A program made the position numbers and the translations under genes. A stretch of DNA of 56,981 nucleotides, filler included, from Dimargaris cristalligena (taxonomy: Eukaryota), in the NCBI GenBank assembly GCA_003614675.1. It is 6 parts of 6 records of this genome, joined end to end, with 100 filler letters (N's around TTAATTAATTAA, not from the genome) between each part and the next. Parts side by side here need not be neighbours in the genome. Positions count along the whole stretch, not along the records: positions 1 to 9,480 come from ML003260.1; positions 9,581 to 19,038 come from ML003261.1; 4 more parts are not named here. The stretch is one strand, 5' to 3'. Under the pieces are notes generated by a model. The model was not told where the DNA came from, ran no database searches, and saw nothing but the letters and a program-made list of their open reading frames with translations. Shown here piece by piece: positions 1 through 10,983 of this stretch. Numbering within the stretch: position 1 is the first letter of the stretch; every line of letters begins with the position of its first letter.

Positions 1-80
1 TTGAAAATAAACATCCCACCAATTTTCCCATACACATATCGGTTAAAACCTTATACAACCAAGCTGAACTTCATCCATGT
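1..80 (+). mobile_element. Truncated MITE-like element (right half), cut by the contig start
   Basis: ttgaaaataaacatcccaccaattttcccatacacatatcggttaaaaccttatacaaccaagctgaacttcatccatgt aligns closely with 8355-8434 and with the copies at 52304-52447 (minus) and 56645-56787. Confidence 0.75.
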
Positions 81-2237
81 CAAATGGGTTCCGGACAACC
101 CCAGTCAGGTATGAGGATGGGGCGTGGCTCTACTGCTGCTGAATGGCAGCCGCGCATCGGGTCTGTCGTTTTCATTTGTAGGTGGGGGGATCGGACATAC
201 CATGTTCCTATCCTGACGAGGCATCTCCAAAGGATAAATAGATATATATATATATAAGCAATATTTCCCCTCCAATGCCAATACTTCTCGAATATACCAT
301 TCCAGGCTGCGCTGTTTTATTATTTGCCAAGTTGGATACGGATCTATTTTTAATTTACACCTGCTTCGGACCATAGCCATTGCTTGCCTTCCGCCCTCCT
401 GTTTCCAGATTTCCCCACCTAGATTGAGCTGTGGGTGTTTCATCTGGACATTATCTATAGCTCGGCACCACCGGAATGGTTTGGGACCTGTGGTTTCTCG
501 AATAGATCCGACTCTTCTCTTCACTTTCCGCCCATTTCCCTGCTATATTAATAAGTATTATTCCCGCGTGACTCTCGGACCCCGCCATGGAACAGGTTTT
601 GTCAGCGTAGACCTACGGACCTTCCCCCACCTCACTCTGCCGCTGCCGAATTCTTGGAATACCAATATTCACCCCTAACTATTTTACTTCCAATACACCA
701 CCAACTTAATCCATTTTATTCACTAGCCTCCCCTAACTTGGTTTTCGGTGTCGATTAAAAGAACCTTCACCAGATGCACATCCCGGTAATCTCTGACTGT
801 ACTGACACATCTACACACATGCCCACACTGACACGCACCGCATTGCCATATCCGCCGCTAAAGAATACTGTGATATATAATAGCCTGGTTCAATACTCTT
901 CTCACTATATATTGCCCACTCCTGCCATTGGGCCCGCCCTCTATTGCCTCAATCGCGCTAAACCATTTTCTGTCGTTACCGGTTTTATATTAGCCACTGC
1001 ACCCTGGCTCCATTTTTTTATTGGCTTTTTCGCTCCTTTTCACTATTGTTGGGGTGGTTACCTGTCTTTTGGCCCTTTTCCGCCTCTTTCCTCCAGCATA
1101 CTGGACTAGTGCGCCCACGCTAGATTTTTTGATTCCTCAACTAATTGTTCATTTTAAACGTAAGTTGGTGTTCCTTGCGCCTCTCTGTACCACAGAAACA
1201 CACTACTACTATCCATGGGAGTTCTTTTGGGCTGTTCTATTGAGCGACCTTGTTCTTTATTGGCTGAGCCGCCTCCTCTCCCCACCACACCACGGTCAGC
1301 CGCGCGTCTTTGATACTCCCATTTCTCCTCCTCAGGCTCTCTCTTCCTTCCATTTTGCTCTGTTTAAGGGTATCCTCTGTTGAGCATGGGACTTCCGTTA
1401 CTGTTGCCTTCTTGGGCTACTTTATTCTAGTGCCTAATATACATATATATATATATATACTCCACCCCTGCCCCGATATATTCACCATCGTTATTGGCTC
1501 GGCTGTCTCAGAATACTACATACACCTAAGTTTTGGAATCCCCCCGACGTGTACCTGCAATTCCAGTTCCATCTCATTCCAGTTTAGTGCATGCCTTTTC
1601 TAGTCCAGTTCATTTCCTAGTCCGCGCTCTTTTGGAGTTGCCCAAGGCCCCGCCACTTTTCCCTTTAGCCCACCAAGTGACCGAATAGGTGGAACTCCTT
1701 TCCCTATATTGGTCTCTATGCTCATCCCTCGTGCCCCTGTTAGCTCGTCTTCCTCCCTGGACCTTATTATATACAGTGGTTCCTCCGGCTTACTTTGACA
1801 TATATATATATCGCCCTTCTTTGGGGCCTTCGATAACCTCGTCCCCTTTCCCCCTGCATTACTGCCTTTTATCTCTTGCCCTATACAGTACCCTCTGCCC
1901 GCCGTTATATGTACCGACTTTTCCAAAGACGCACGTAGACTGGTTCCCTTAATAACTCGCTGCCTTTGATTCTACTACCGTACTATTGGTTTCTGTCTAT
2001 TTCGTTTCATTGTACTCTCTCTCCCGCTTATCGCCTTAACCGGACTTTCGCTCGTATTGAGGGCCTCGTTATTTACGCTGTCCCCCCGTCTTTCTCTCGT
2101 GCATCCCCCGTATCCTTTATATTCGCCGTCCTTCCACCCCTCCTTCACGCTTTATTCGCTATTCCATCATTTTGGCCCAATTGTCTATTTCTTTCCTATT
2201 CTTTTCCATACCGTGGCGATTTTTTTTTGTTGCAGCC

Positions 2238-4481
2238 ATGCCTCCGTTACTTCCACCACCGGCTGTTTCGTCGTCCAACCCCTCCTCTGTCCTTTCCACC
2301 TCTTCGTCTTGGTCTTCCTCGCGGCCGGCCCGGCCCAAGACCAAGGTTTCCACCTGCCAGTATAAGATCGGGCGCGTGATTGGCTCCGGCACCTTCTCGG
2401 TAGTCAAGGAAGCCTACCATATTCAGACCGGCGAGCGTTTCGCCGCCAAGGTTATCCCCAAACAGCTCCTTCGTGGCGGTAAGGTGCAGCTGCTCCACAA
2501 TGAAGTGGGTATTTTGCGTCACCTGTCCCGCGGTCACCCCAACCTCCTGCAGCTCCACGACTGCTTCGAGACCACCCATAACGTCTACCTTATCACCGAG
2601 CTAGTGACCGGCGGCGACCTGTTCGACCGACTGGGACGCAAGGGTAGCTTCTTCGAATCCGAGGCCGCTGTCATTATCCATGCGGTGGTTAAGGCCCTGG
2701 CCTACCTGCACAGCCAGCAAGTTGTGCACCGCGATATTAAACCCGAGAACATCTTATTCCGCAACGACCGTAGCGACGCCGACCTACTCATCGCCGATTT
2801 CGGACTCTCGGTTATCATGGGTGACCAGAACGTCCAGGCCCTCAAGGCCCGTTGCGGCACTACTGGCTATATGGCCCCGGAGATTCTCCTCCACCAGCCC
2901 TACGGAAAGCCCGTGGATATGTGGGCCGTTGGCGTCACCACCTACCTGCTCCTAAGCGGGTATCTGCCCTTTGAACCCGGCTATACCCCCAGTGGCGTTC
3001 CCCGCCCGGAAGTGGAAGACGATAGTGAACGCGACTACGCCATGATTGACGACATGTTTACCTACGGCGATGACCTTCTGTTTGAGCCCGCCGGATACTG
3101 GGCTGGCATTACGCCTGGGGCCAAGCATTTCATCCGCGGCCTTATCCAGACCGACCCTGAACGGCGCATGACGGCCGAGATGGCCCTGCTCCACCCTTGG
3201 TTGGCCACTGCTGCTACTGCTACTACTGTCTCCGGTCAGATCGAAGATCCCGCGCGGACGGAGCCTCGCCTAACCAAGTCGGAACAGTGGTCCGGGCCCT
3301 CGCCCTTGCCCTACGGCGTGGTCCCGGCGGTTCAACCCGGGACCTCTCCGGCCGCAATACAGTCCCGCGGATTTTTGAAATCGGTGGCATCGATGGTTCC
3401 TTTGGGCAACTGGTCATTCCCCACTCCCCCGCAATCTTGCATCTCGTCGCCCGCGTCCACGGACTCGTTGGGTGACACCCGGGCCCGAGGAACAGAATCT
3501 ATCCTTTCCGCCGCTCCCCTACCGGCGGACTCAACACGGTATCCGACGGCTTCGACTACCACTTACTCAGTGTTGTCCTCGAGCTCATCAGCAGCTAATT
3601 TCTCGTCGCCCGTTACTACAGCTGCTGCTACTACTACTACTACTACTCCTATTGGTGGGGTCTCCGGCGCAAGTGTCCAGGGCTCCACTTCACCGCCCCT
3701 TAGGGCGGCCATGGTCGCTGTTCCCACTATCACCCTTCCCCGCCTGCATAATATTCCGGATACCCAGCTCTTGCAAGTAGCGTCTCGTCGCCGTAGCAGT
3801 AGCTACGAAAAATACCACGAACTGTGGGCGAAGGTCAAAGCTACCTCAACCGCAGCGGACGACGTGACCTCATCGGATATGGATATTGACAGTAGTGGCT
3901 CCCCTACGGCCCCTGACGACCGTCCCGTGTTTCGGCGACCTCAGATCTCCTGTGATACGACTCGTACTACCATGCCGTCCCCCCAGGCACCGAAGGAGCC
4001 GGTCCTACTGACCCCCACATCATCGGCATTATTATCGCCCATGGCGCTGCTCCGCCGCCCCAACAACTCTAGCTCCTCCTACAGCACTGATAACGACGAG
4101 CGAGATGGTAAAAGTGGCATGCGCGCCCCTCCCTCGACCCCGATACCCAGCTATTCCCATCCAGTGTCCACCCCCAATCCCAGTCGGATCAGTCTGCAGG
4201 CCAATAGAGCCGGTCGGCATACCCCGTCGTTTCGGGAGGGGGAGGATACGGCGGGTTCGCATGAATCAGTAATGACGGACCTAGACCACCACCCAGAAGC
4301 CACTACTACCCGCCCTCCTCCTGATCTGCGGCCCCGGATTTTCAATCCGCGTCGTTCACTGCGTAGAGCCATCGAGGTTGTACGGCTTTGTGTGGCTCTG
4401 TCCCAATTGGTGGATTCCCATATCGTTGACGAACGAACTGATAATCGGCCCGTTCACACTATGTGTCATACCCCATTGTAA
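2238..4481 (+). CDS. Ca2+/calmodulin-dependent protein kinase (CaMKI/fungal CMK-like), single exon, ~747 aa
   Basis: Kinase motifs IGSGTFSVV, AAKVI, HRDIKPENIL, IADFGLS, CGTTGYMAPE, YGKPVDMWAVG. ATG at 2238 (gccATG). Long S/T/P-rich tail ending in a CaMK regulatory-like segment FNPRRSLRRAIEVVRL. Confidence 0.92.
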   Translation: MPPLLPPPAVSSSNPSSVLSTSSSWSSSRPARPKTKVSTCQYKIGRVIGSGTFSVVKEAYHIQTGERFAAKVIPKQLLRGGKVQLLHNEVGILRHLSRGHPNLLQLHDCFETTHNVYLITELVTGGDLFDRLGRKGSFFESEAAVIIHAVVKALAYLHSQQVVHRDIKPENILFRNDRSDADLLIADFGLSVIMGDQNVQALKARCGTTGYMAPEILLHQPYGKPVDMWAVGVTTYLLLSGYLPFEPGYTPSGVPRPEVEDDSERDYAMIDDMFTYGDDLLFEPAGYWAGITPGAKHFIRGLIQTDPERRMTAEMALLHPWLATAATATTVSGQIEDPARTEPRLTKSEQWSGPSPLPYGVVPAVQPGTSPAAIQSRGFLKSVASMVPLGNWSFPTPPQSCISSPASTDSLGDTRARGTESILSAAPLPADSTRYPTASTTTYSVLSSSSSAANFSSPVTTAAATTTTTTPIGGVSGASVQGSTSPPLRAAMVAVPTITLPRLHNIPDTQLLQVASRRRSSSYEKYHELWAKVKATSTAADDVTSSDMDIDSSGSPTAPDDRPVFRRPQISCDTTRTTMPSPQAPKEPVLLTPTSSALLSPMALLRRPNNSSSSYSTDNDERDGKSGMRAPPSTPIPSYSHPVSTPNPSRISLQANRAGRHTPSFREGEDTAGSHESVMTDLDHHPEATTTRPPPDLRPRIFNPRRSLRRAIEVVRLCVALSQLVDSHIVDERTDNRPVHTMCHTPL

Positions 4482-6559
4482 TTATATATTTGATGATTTC
4501 TCTCTCTCTTTATTTTCTTATCTTTATGGCGACCTTTCTTTTGCCAGGATTCTTTTATCTATCGCACTATTATTATATACTTATTAGTTTTCGACCTCTA
4601 TATTTATCTATTTCTGATGCAATGCGCTAATTAACGACATTATTTTCTGACATTCGTGTTTTTATTTTCCTTCTGTTTTATTTCTTCTGCTGTATACTAT
4701 ATATTATTTTAACCAACTACACCCTCCTCCCATAGACCATTTTATTTAACCCCCCTCCCTCACAACACTACCCCTCAATTGAACTGTATTTTACATATCA
4801 AACCCGTGGCTCATATGTGGCCTACTTTAACGATATTTTCCTGATGTCCCAATACTCATATATCCCCCTAGCTCTTGCATAAACACCCACTATAATACAA
4901 TAGGCAATTAGTCCGAAATGGCAGTATTGCGATTTTTAATGTCAAAACCATTGAAATATTGTAGTACTTTGTAATGAGACCCATGTCTAACTGATAGAAC
5001 CCGAAGCAATAGTAGGATGTTGTCGACAAGTCGATTATTATCAACAGACTAGCAATACCATCGCCTCCAGATATATGCTGTATTTAATGAGACAGGTGCG
5101 AGTATCTTTCAATTGCTATTGAGTTGCGGTAGCAATGACCGTCCTCACAACTAAGTAAACGTTGACCTGGGCCAATGTTATAAGCTTCACAGTGCCAACA
5201 ACCCGTTAGCCTGAAAAGTATCTTTACAGTTCCTCTAAATATCCCTTAGAGGCACGCTAAAGCATTATTCCCTACAGCCATTACTGAATTCACAACTTGA
5301 ACCATTTGCAATGGATTAATAGGAAATATTCAGCGCATCAGGAAAGCGTCCCTTGTATAGATTGTGAGAAATATGATCAAAGAGCGTCCTAGTGATCTAA
5401 TTATACAATTGGGGTCAACTTTCAGGCGGCTATTAGTTTCGTCTGGATTGTACAATCATGGGGCTAGTGCTGTAGGGGGCGAGGGTGATAAATTGTGCAC
5501 TAGCGACTACGATGCATATTGCTAGACCGAAGAGTCCCGGAAAATGGGCATTGGCCGTGGGACTGATACCTGTCGGCCTGCTAGGACACGAATATATATT
5601 CAATAGTCGCATCTCCCTTTTCCATATTCATCAAATGATCCCGACCATCCTTGATATTTAGCTGGTGGCAAATGTGCATTCCGTGGTATGGCCCACTACT
5701 ACTAAAGTACTTAATCGGCCTATCTGGTAATGCACTGTATAGTGCTACCGGAATAACAGTATAAGTTATAATGTACGCTATAGGTAATAATACATCCAAT
5801 ATTGCTGTAGTGCTACTTTTAAGTCGAAGTGATTATCTGAGTGGTGCCAAACCCAATGGGAAATTGATATGGATTAGGGCAACACTTCATATCAAATAAC
5901 CATTTCTTTTTTTGTCAATACCTAAGGTTCTTTGCCATGCAACTAAAGTTCCCGAGCATATTGCCCATACTAAATATTAATGGTCTTCGGGCTATGTGGT
6001 ACGAATAGACGGTACACCCACTTCAACCCCATCCCCTTCCTCAAGCGGACTGGCTGAAGGGAATCGTTGGCTTAAAGCTTCAATGATTTGGGCGTGTTTT
6101 TTTTTTTGGAGGGGGGGGCACCGCGCGTTGCACAACTCAGTTGCTGATACAGTACTGGTGTGCCGGTGCCGAGGCTCACGCAGCTCAAGGGTGTAAGTAT
6201 GCCCCCAAGTTCGCTTCGCTTATTCGCTCCGTATTGATTGGCTCGTACACCATGCAGTTCCCGCCGTTACCCGATACATTTTCCGGCGTATCTTTCGAGC
6301 AGTTTATTTTTTATACATAAAAGCAAACGCGCCCCACCCCCATTCCAAACCGATTGCTTTTAAATGTCTCCCCTCTAATTGGTTTAGTTTTTTACTCTAG
6401 CATCAGGCTCTATACTGTAACGAAGCAGCGGTCGACTATTCTACTCTTCCATTGAATTTATAGCATTAGATAATTCTACCCTAGACATATTGGTGCATAC
6501 CATTAGTCATTTTGATTGATTACTCCCCTTTATTCCTCGTTGTGAACCTTACTGCCACC

Positions 6560-8035
6560 ATGCTACCGCTTAGAAATATTCTCGCGTCTACAGTGGCGGC
6601 TCATTTAATGACCGTTGACTCACCAGCGAACCTGGGTCGTCATAACACCATCGAACATTCCGAACCCGCATGGTTGAGTGATGTGTTAGGCTTACCTGTC
6701 CTGGTGAAGGAGAGGGTTCTAAACCATTTGAGTGTACCAGCCTATGTCCAGTGGACCCCCGTGCTGCTGGGGACCGACCCTATTGACGTTCTTCAGCTCT
6801 CTGAAAAGGCAGGTGCTTTATTTATATTCACCGTTTATATGCTGTGATGGAAGAAATTTTGGCCACGGTGGGCCAAACCTTAGGTTTCATCCACCAGTAT
6901 CGGCACATGCAGTCCCATAGTCTAGTTCACACAACAATCATACCAAAAAAAAATATTCCCATTTTTCCACTTGCCAACTTAGGTCAAGGTATTTTTGAAT
7001 CGTTGTCAAGAAAATCTAGTGAGAAGTAATTCCGAGTCAGCCCAAGCTAAAGGGTCTACGAACGAGTGGTTTGCCCATGTCCCATTGGAGGCCACCAACG
7101 CAATTAGCGAAACCTTGGCGGGCTTGGGCTGTCGTCGCTCAGCTACTGGTCAGGCCGTATCAAGCCGGACCGGGACATCACCGAACAATAATGCTCCGGG
7201 AATTGACTGCACCTACCTTCAATCGAAGCTTGGCGCCCCGCTGCTCAACCGTACTCAATGGAAATACGTCAACCTAAACCGAGTTTCACCAATCGAAATA
7301 TTTCGCTATTTCTCCGTCGCCCAGATGGCGGATATCAGTACCCTGATGGCACTTGCCACAATGGCGTCAACCGTCCTCCGCCCTACGGACCAATCCCGAA
7401 CGGTCCCACCGGTCGATTATAGCCCATTGAACCTGGGTCTGGATTTGAACCTGGTGGAGCATTTCGCATTACCGATTAGTACCCTTTATAGCACGAGCTT
7501 TGCGATTATGCTGAATATGGCTCTTTGGCGCCTATACCGGGAGGGCAACACCAACCAACTCCATGTCTTTCTTTTTCCCCGGATCAAACGGGGTTCACCC
7601 GGCCGTATTTACCAAGCCTTTCCGTTCATTAAGGGTGCCATCAATTTCATGCTCACATTGGGAATTGCCCGTCGGGACACCCCTTTTGTTGAGTCCGTTA
7701 GCCAACACTGGTTCGAGTCCAGGGCACCCCGGTCCGGTCAAAATGGAACGGAAACAAGGGCAGCCCAACAAGCGTTTTATGAATGTTTACGCGTCAATGG
7801 CTTTGCCGATAGTTTCCGGACCAACCTTGGATTGCGATGGAGATTGACCGATCAGAACGAAGAGCAGGATTCCTTAAAGTGCGCCAAAGTGAATTTCGGT
7901 AGCCGGTGGCTTCGGGTTAAACCAAATGGGGATGTTCTACTGGGCTATTTTGCCCCTCATTTCGTGTTTAATGAAGCTGCCATTGTGGAGGTTTCGCCGG
8001 CTGATACTGTCCTGCCCGTTATAAATCTCAATTAG
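6560..8035 (+). CDS. Uncharacterised F-box-like family protein, paralog A (exons 6560-6808 and 6983-8035, ~433 aa)
   Basis: gccaccATG start; F-box-like VLGLPVLVKERVLNHLSVPAYVQWTPVL; exon 2 is in frame after cttag|GTCAAG. Colinear similarity with 53454-55038, including the intron position. Confidence 0.8.
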
Positions 8036-8291
8036 GCGTTGTGGCATTTCTGCTTGTATGTTCCAATAGTTATATTAGTTTCAGAATCCATTAATCTTGA
8101 ATATCTTAAACATATCAGCTTATTTTTTGTAAAAAAGAGCAATGGTGATGTCAAGTCATTAAATAGTTCCTCCAATATTGATAAAAGTTGTTGTATAAAC
8201 CCATTATGTTAAACCAGGGGAAATACTAACTGGGTGAAAAATCCTGTTTCCTGTTTTTGTTTCCCTTTAGCTTCTCTAAAAACCTGATATA

Positions 8292-8433
8292 TATGGGAGT
8301 AGTTCAACAAAGCTGTATAATGAAAAATCCTTTTAATGAGGCAAGTACTACTGGTTGAAAATAAAAATACCACCAAATTTCCCATACACATATTGGTTAA
8401 AACCTTATACAACCAAGCTTAACCTCTCCCATA
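8292..8433 (+). mobile_element. MITE-like element, ~138 bp, imperfect ~28-bp TIRs, TA flanks
   Basis: TA|TGGGAGTAGTTCAACAAAGCTGTATAA ... TTATACAACCAAGCTTAACCTCTCCCA|TA; three other copies in the window. Confidence 0.75.
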
Positions 8434-8439
8434 TCTAGG

Positions 8440-9480
8440 TTATCATTAAGTAGCCTATGCTGGTACCTATTTATTAGTGTCCCTTCATCCCTTATTTCTA
8501 TAGCATAAGTATTAGTTGAGATGACTGCCAAGTCTGCATATAATATAAGCCATTCTATGTGGCCTTTTACTTGCATAAGTGTACATCCTTAAATAACAAA
8601 TTACCTGAACTTTATTCAGTTTAGTAACCAAACCATAAAGAGTATTAAAGTAAAGGGAGACAGAAGTCAGATAAAGGGCAAAATAATAAAAAAATAAAAA
8701 GAGAAATTGGGAGAAAAATATAAGAGGAGAGGCTAATTTTGCTGCTTAGTAGGATTGGGTACACAGTAGACTGAATTACTGATTTTATAATCAAGCCAGG
8801 GGTAAATGCATAAGTATAATAACTATTGGGTAAGTATAACCCTGGGTACATTTGGGAGACATTTGTAGGTCAGTGGACTCTACTCTTGAATGGATAGTAT
8901 TGAAGAATATATTCATATGTATTTTTTATTATATCTTGTTTCACCCAATTATGTTAGTTTATTCTACTATTATAAGACTATTTATGTTAGCTACTTATGT
9001 TTTACCCCACTAAAATTACAGTTCAATAAAACTAACTACCTAGAGGCACCTACTATCCTCTAGCTACTTTCTTCCCTTACTTCCAGTTTTATTTTCTTTA
9101 CACCCTTAGTATTTATAGTAAACTTACCATATTTTTACCTACTTTTAATTTTATCCGTTTTTTTTTGCACTTATTGGAAGTACACCCCTGATAAGTGAAT
9201 AAACTCCTACCCCTGCCCCTGATGGGTATAGTTATTTTTACTCTATTTTCATTAGTAATAGTATTTTTTCCATTAGTATATTTTATTTTCCTATTTACCC
9301 TTGATTAAGCTGTACCCCTGCCCCTGGCCGGACTACACCTCTATTCAAAGTACAGTTAAAAATAGCTTTCTCCCTTTCTCCCTTTCCCTCCTATTATTTC
9401 ACATTAAGTTTATTAGTTACCCAAATATTACCTATCCTTTGTGATAACTAATATCATTGTCTGGGAACTCCCCTCCCTTT
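8440..9480. repeat. AT-rich, CpG-depleted region, probably a decayed repeat/TE
   Basis: Only about 2 CpG in ~1 kb by eye; no credible ORF; short duplicated motif tacccctgcccctg near 9208 and 9313; runs into the contig end. Confidence 0.4.
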
Positions 9481-9580
9481 NNNNNNNNNNNNNNNNNNNN
9501 NNNNNNNNNNNNNNNNNNNNNNNNTTAATTAATTAANNNNNNNNNNNNNNNNNNNNNNNNNNNNNNNNNNNNNNNNNNNN
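9481..9580. other. Artificial contig-joining spacer
   Basis: N44-TTAATTAATTAA-N44 (stop codons in all six frames). Confidence 0.98.
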
Positions 9581-10983
9581 CTTAATTTATCGAAACCTGG
9601 TCCTAATAATGCATATTCTTTTCATTTTTCGAGATAAAGTTACACACTGAATACATGAATCCTCAGCCCACCAATCTATAGACTTGGACCATCGGTCCGG
9701 AAGGCCAACTGCCATTCGTTTTTCCCTTCCGTTTTCCTCAACACCCCCCCTCCTCCCCTTAACGCCATTCGTAAATCTCCAATTCCCGCCAATGAAAGTC
9801 CAGTGTTAGCCATCGTATACAATGGCCCATTTTGAACAAGGGCTGTTACGTCTGCCGTAGAGGAGTCAAAGATGTAATATTCCAATGTACATGTGTGCCC
9901 TATTATTTCTATGGCGATGGTTTTGCGCATCTTATACCTATGAAATGATAAAAAAACTAGTGTATACTCCGTGGCGTGCCTATACCCTGGTCTAGGGTAT
10001 ATATTGAGGATGGCAGAGTGTTAAGGGTAATGGTTGGACATCCCGTATCCCTTACCCATTGCTTATACTCTTCCATTACTATGGCTTGACACACTACTAA
10101 GTGCTCTGGCTATCCTGAGTATAGCAGCCGCGTATGACCATTATTTTTCATGGAACTTCCATGACCAACCGCCTCTCCCTGTACTACTTCAGTCGTCCCC
10201 AGCGGTATATCATTCTTTAGTTATCGGTTGTATTATCCTATATCCCCCGACTTTAAATGAATATGCCACTATTAAACGTCACAGAATTAAAAATATGTGT
10301 ACACGGGAATGCGGCGGTTGGAATGGGAAAGTAGGATGGGGGGGGTTATTTTAAACTATATATTCCTTTGGCCACCACAAACGGGAGAATTGGGCCAGTT
10401 TTGTTTTTTAGCCATCCGAAAAGTGTCCAATTTTAAACAGGCTTATCTCCAAAAAAAAAAGCACAAATACCCGTGTTCAAAAGTCCCCAACACATTGCCA
10501 TAACGATATCACTTGTTGGACCAAAAGAATTCGCAGAATTCTTAAATTAAAATCGCTGGCCAAAAAAGCCAAGTCGACTAGAGCCAATTGTCGCTACAGT
10601 CTCGGCATAGAAAGCACCCGGGACTTATTCCCTTATATTTTGGGTATGGGCAGCCCCCCCCTCACCTTTTGCTTCGGACAGAAAGCTGTGGTAGTCCATC
10701 GACCGAAATATAAATATCTGCGGGGTCGGCCCCTTCAATTAACCTCCACTAACTCTTTCCTTGCTTGTCAATTCATCAGGTTTCCATGCCTATAAAGTTA
10801 ACTTGTTGGTTTTCATTTTGCCGTCCTTACCCTTTAGAGTCTCCTTCATCCCAAACCCTAGTTTTCCATTTACAGTCACATATTACGGTTTCTGCCCACT
10901 TTTGATTGAAATTATCCCGCTTGATTACTACCAATTCCGTACTCGCCAATTTTTTTTAAAATTTTACTCCTTTCTAGCCAAGA

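Noticed and set aside
9525-9536. TTAATTAATTAA palindrome recurring five times
   Set aside because: Artificial six-frame stop linker within the N spacers.
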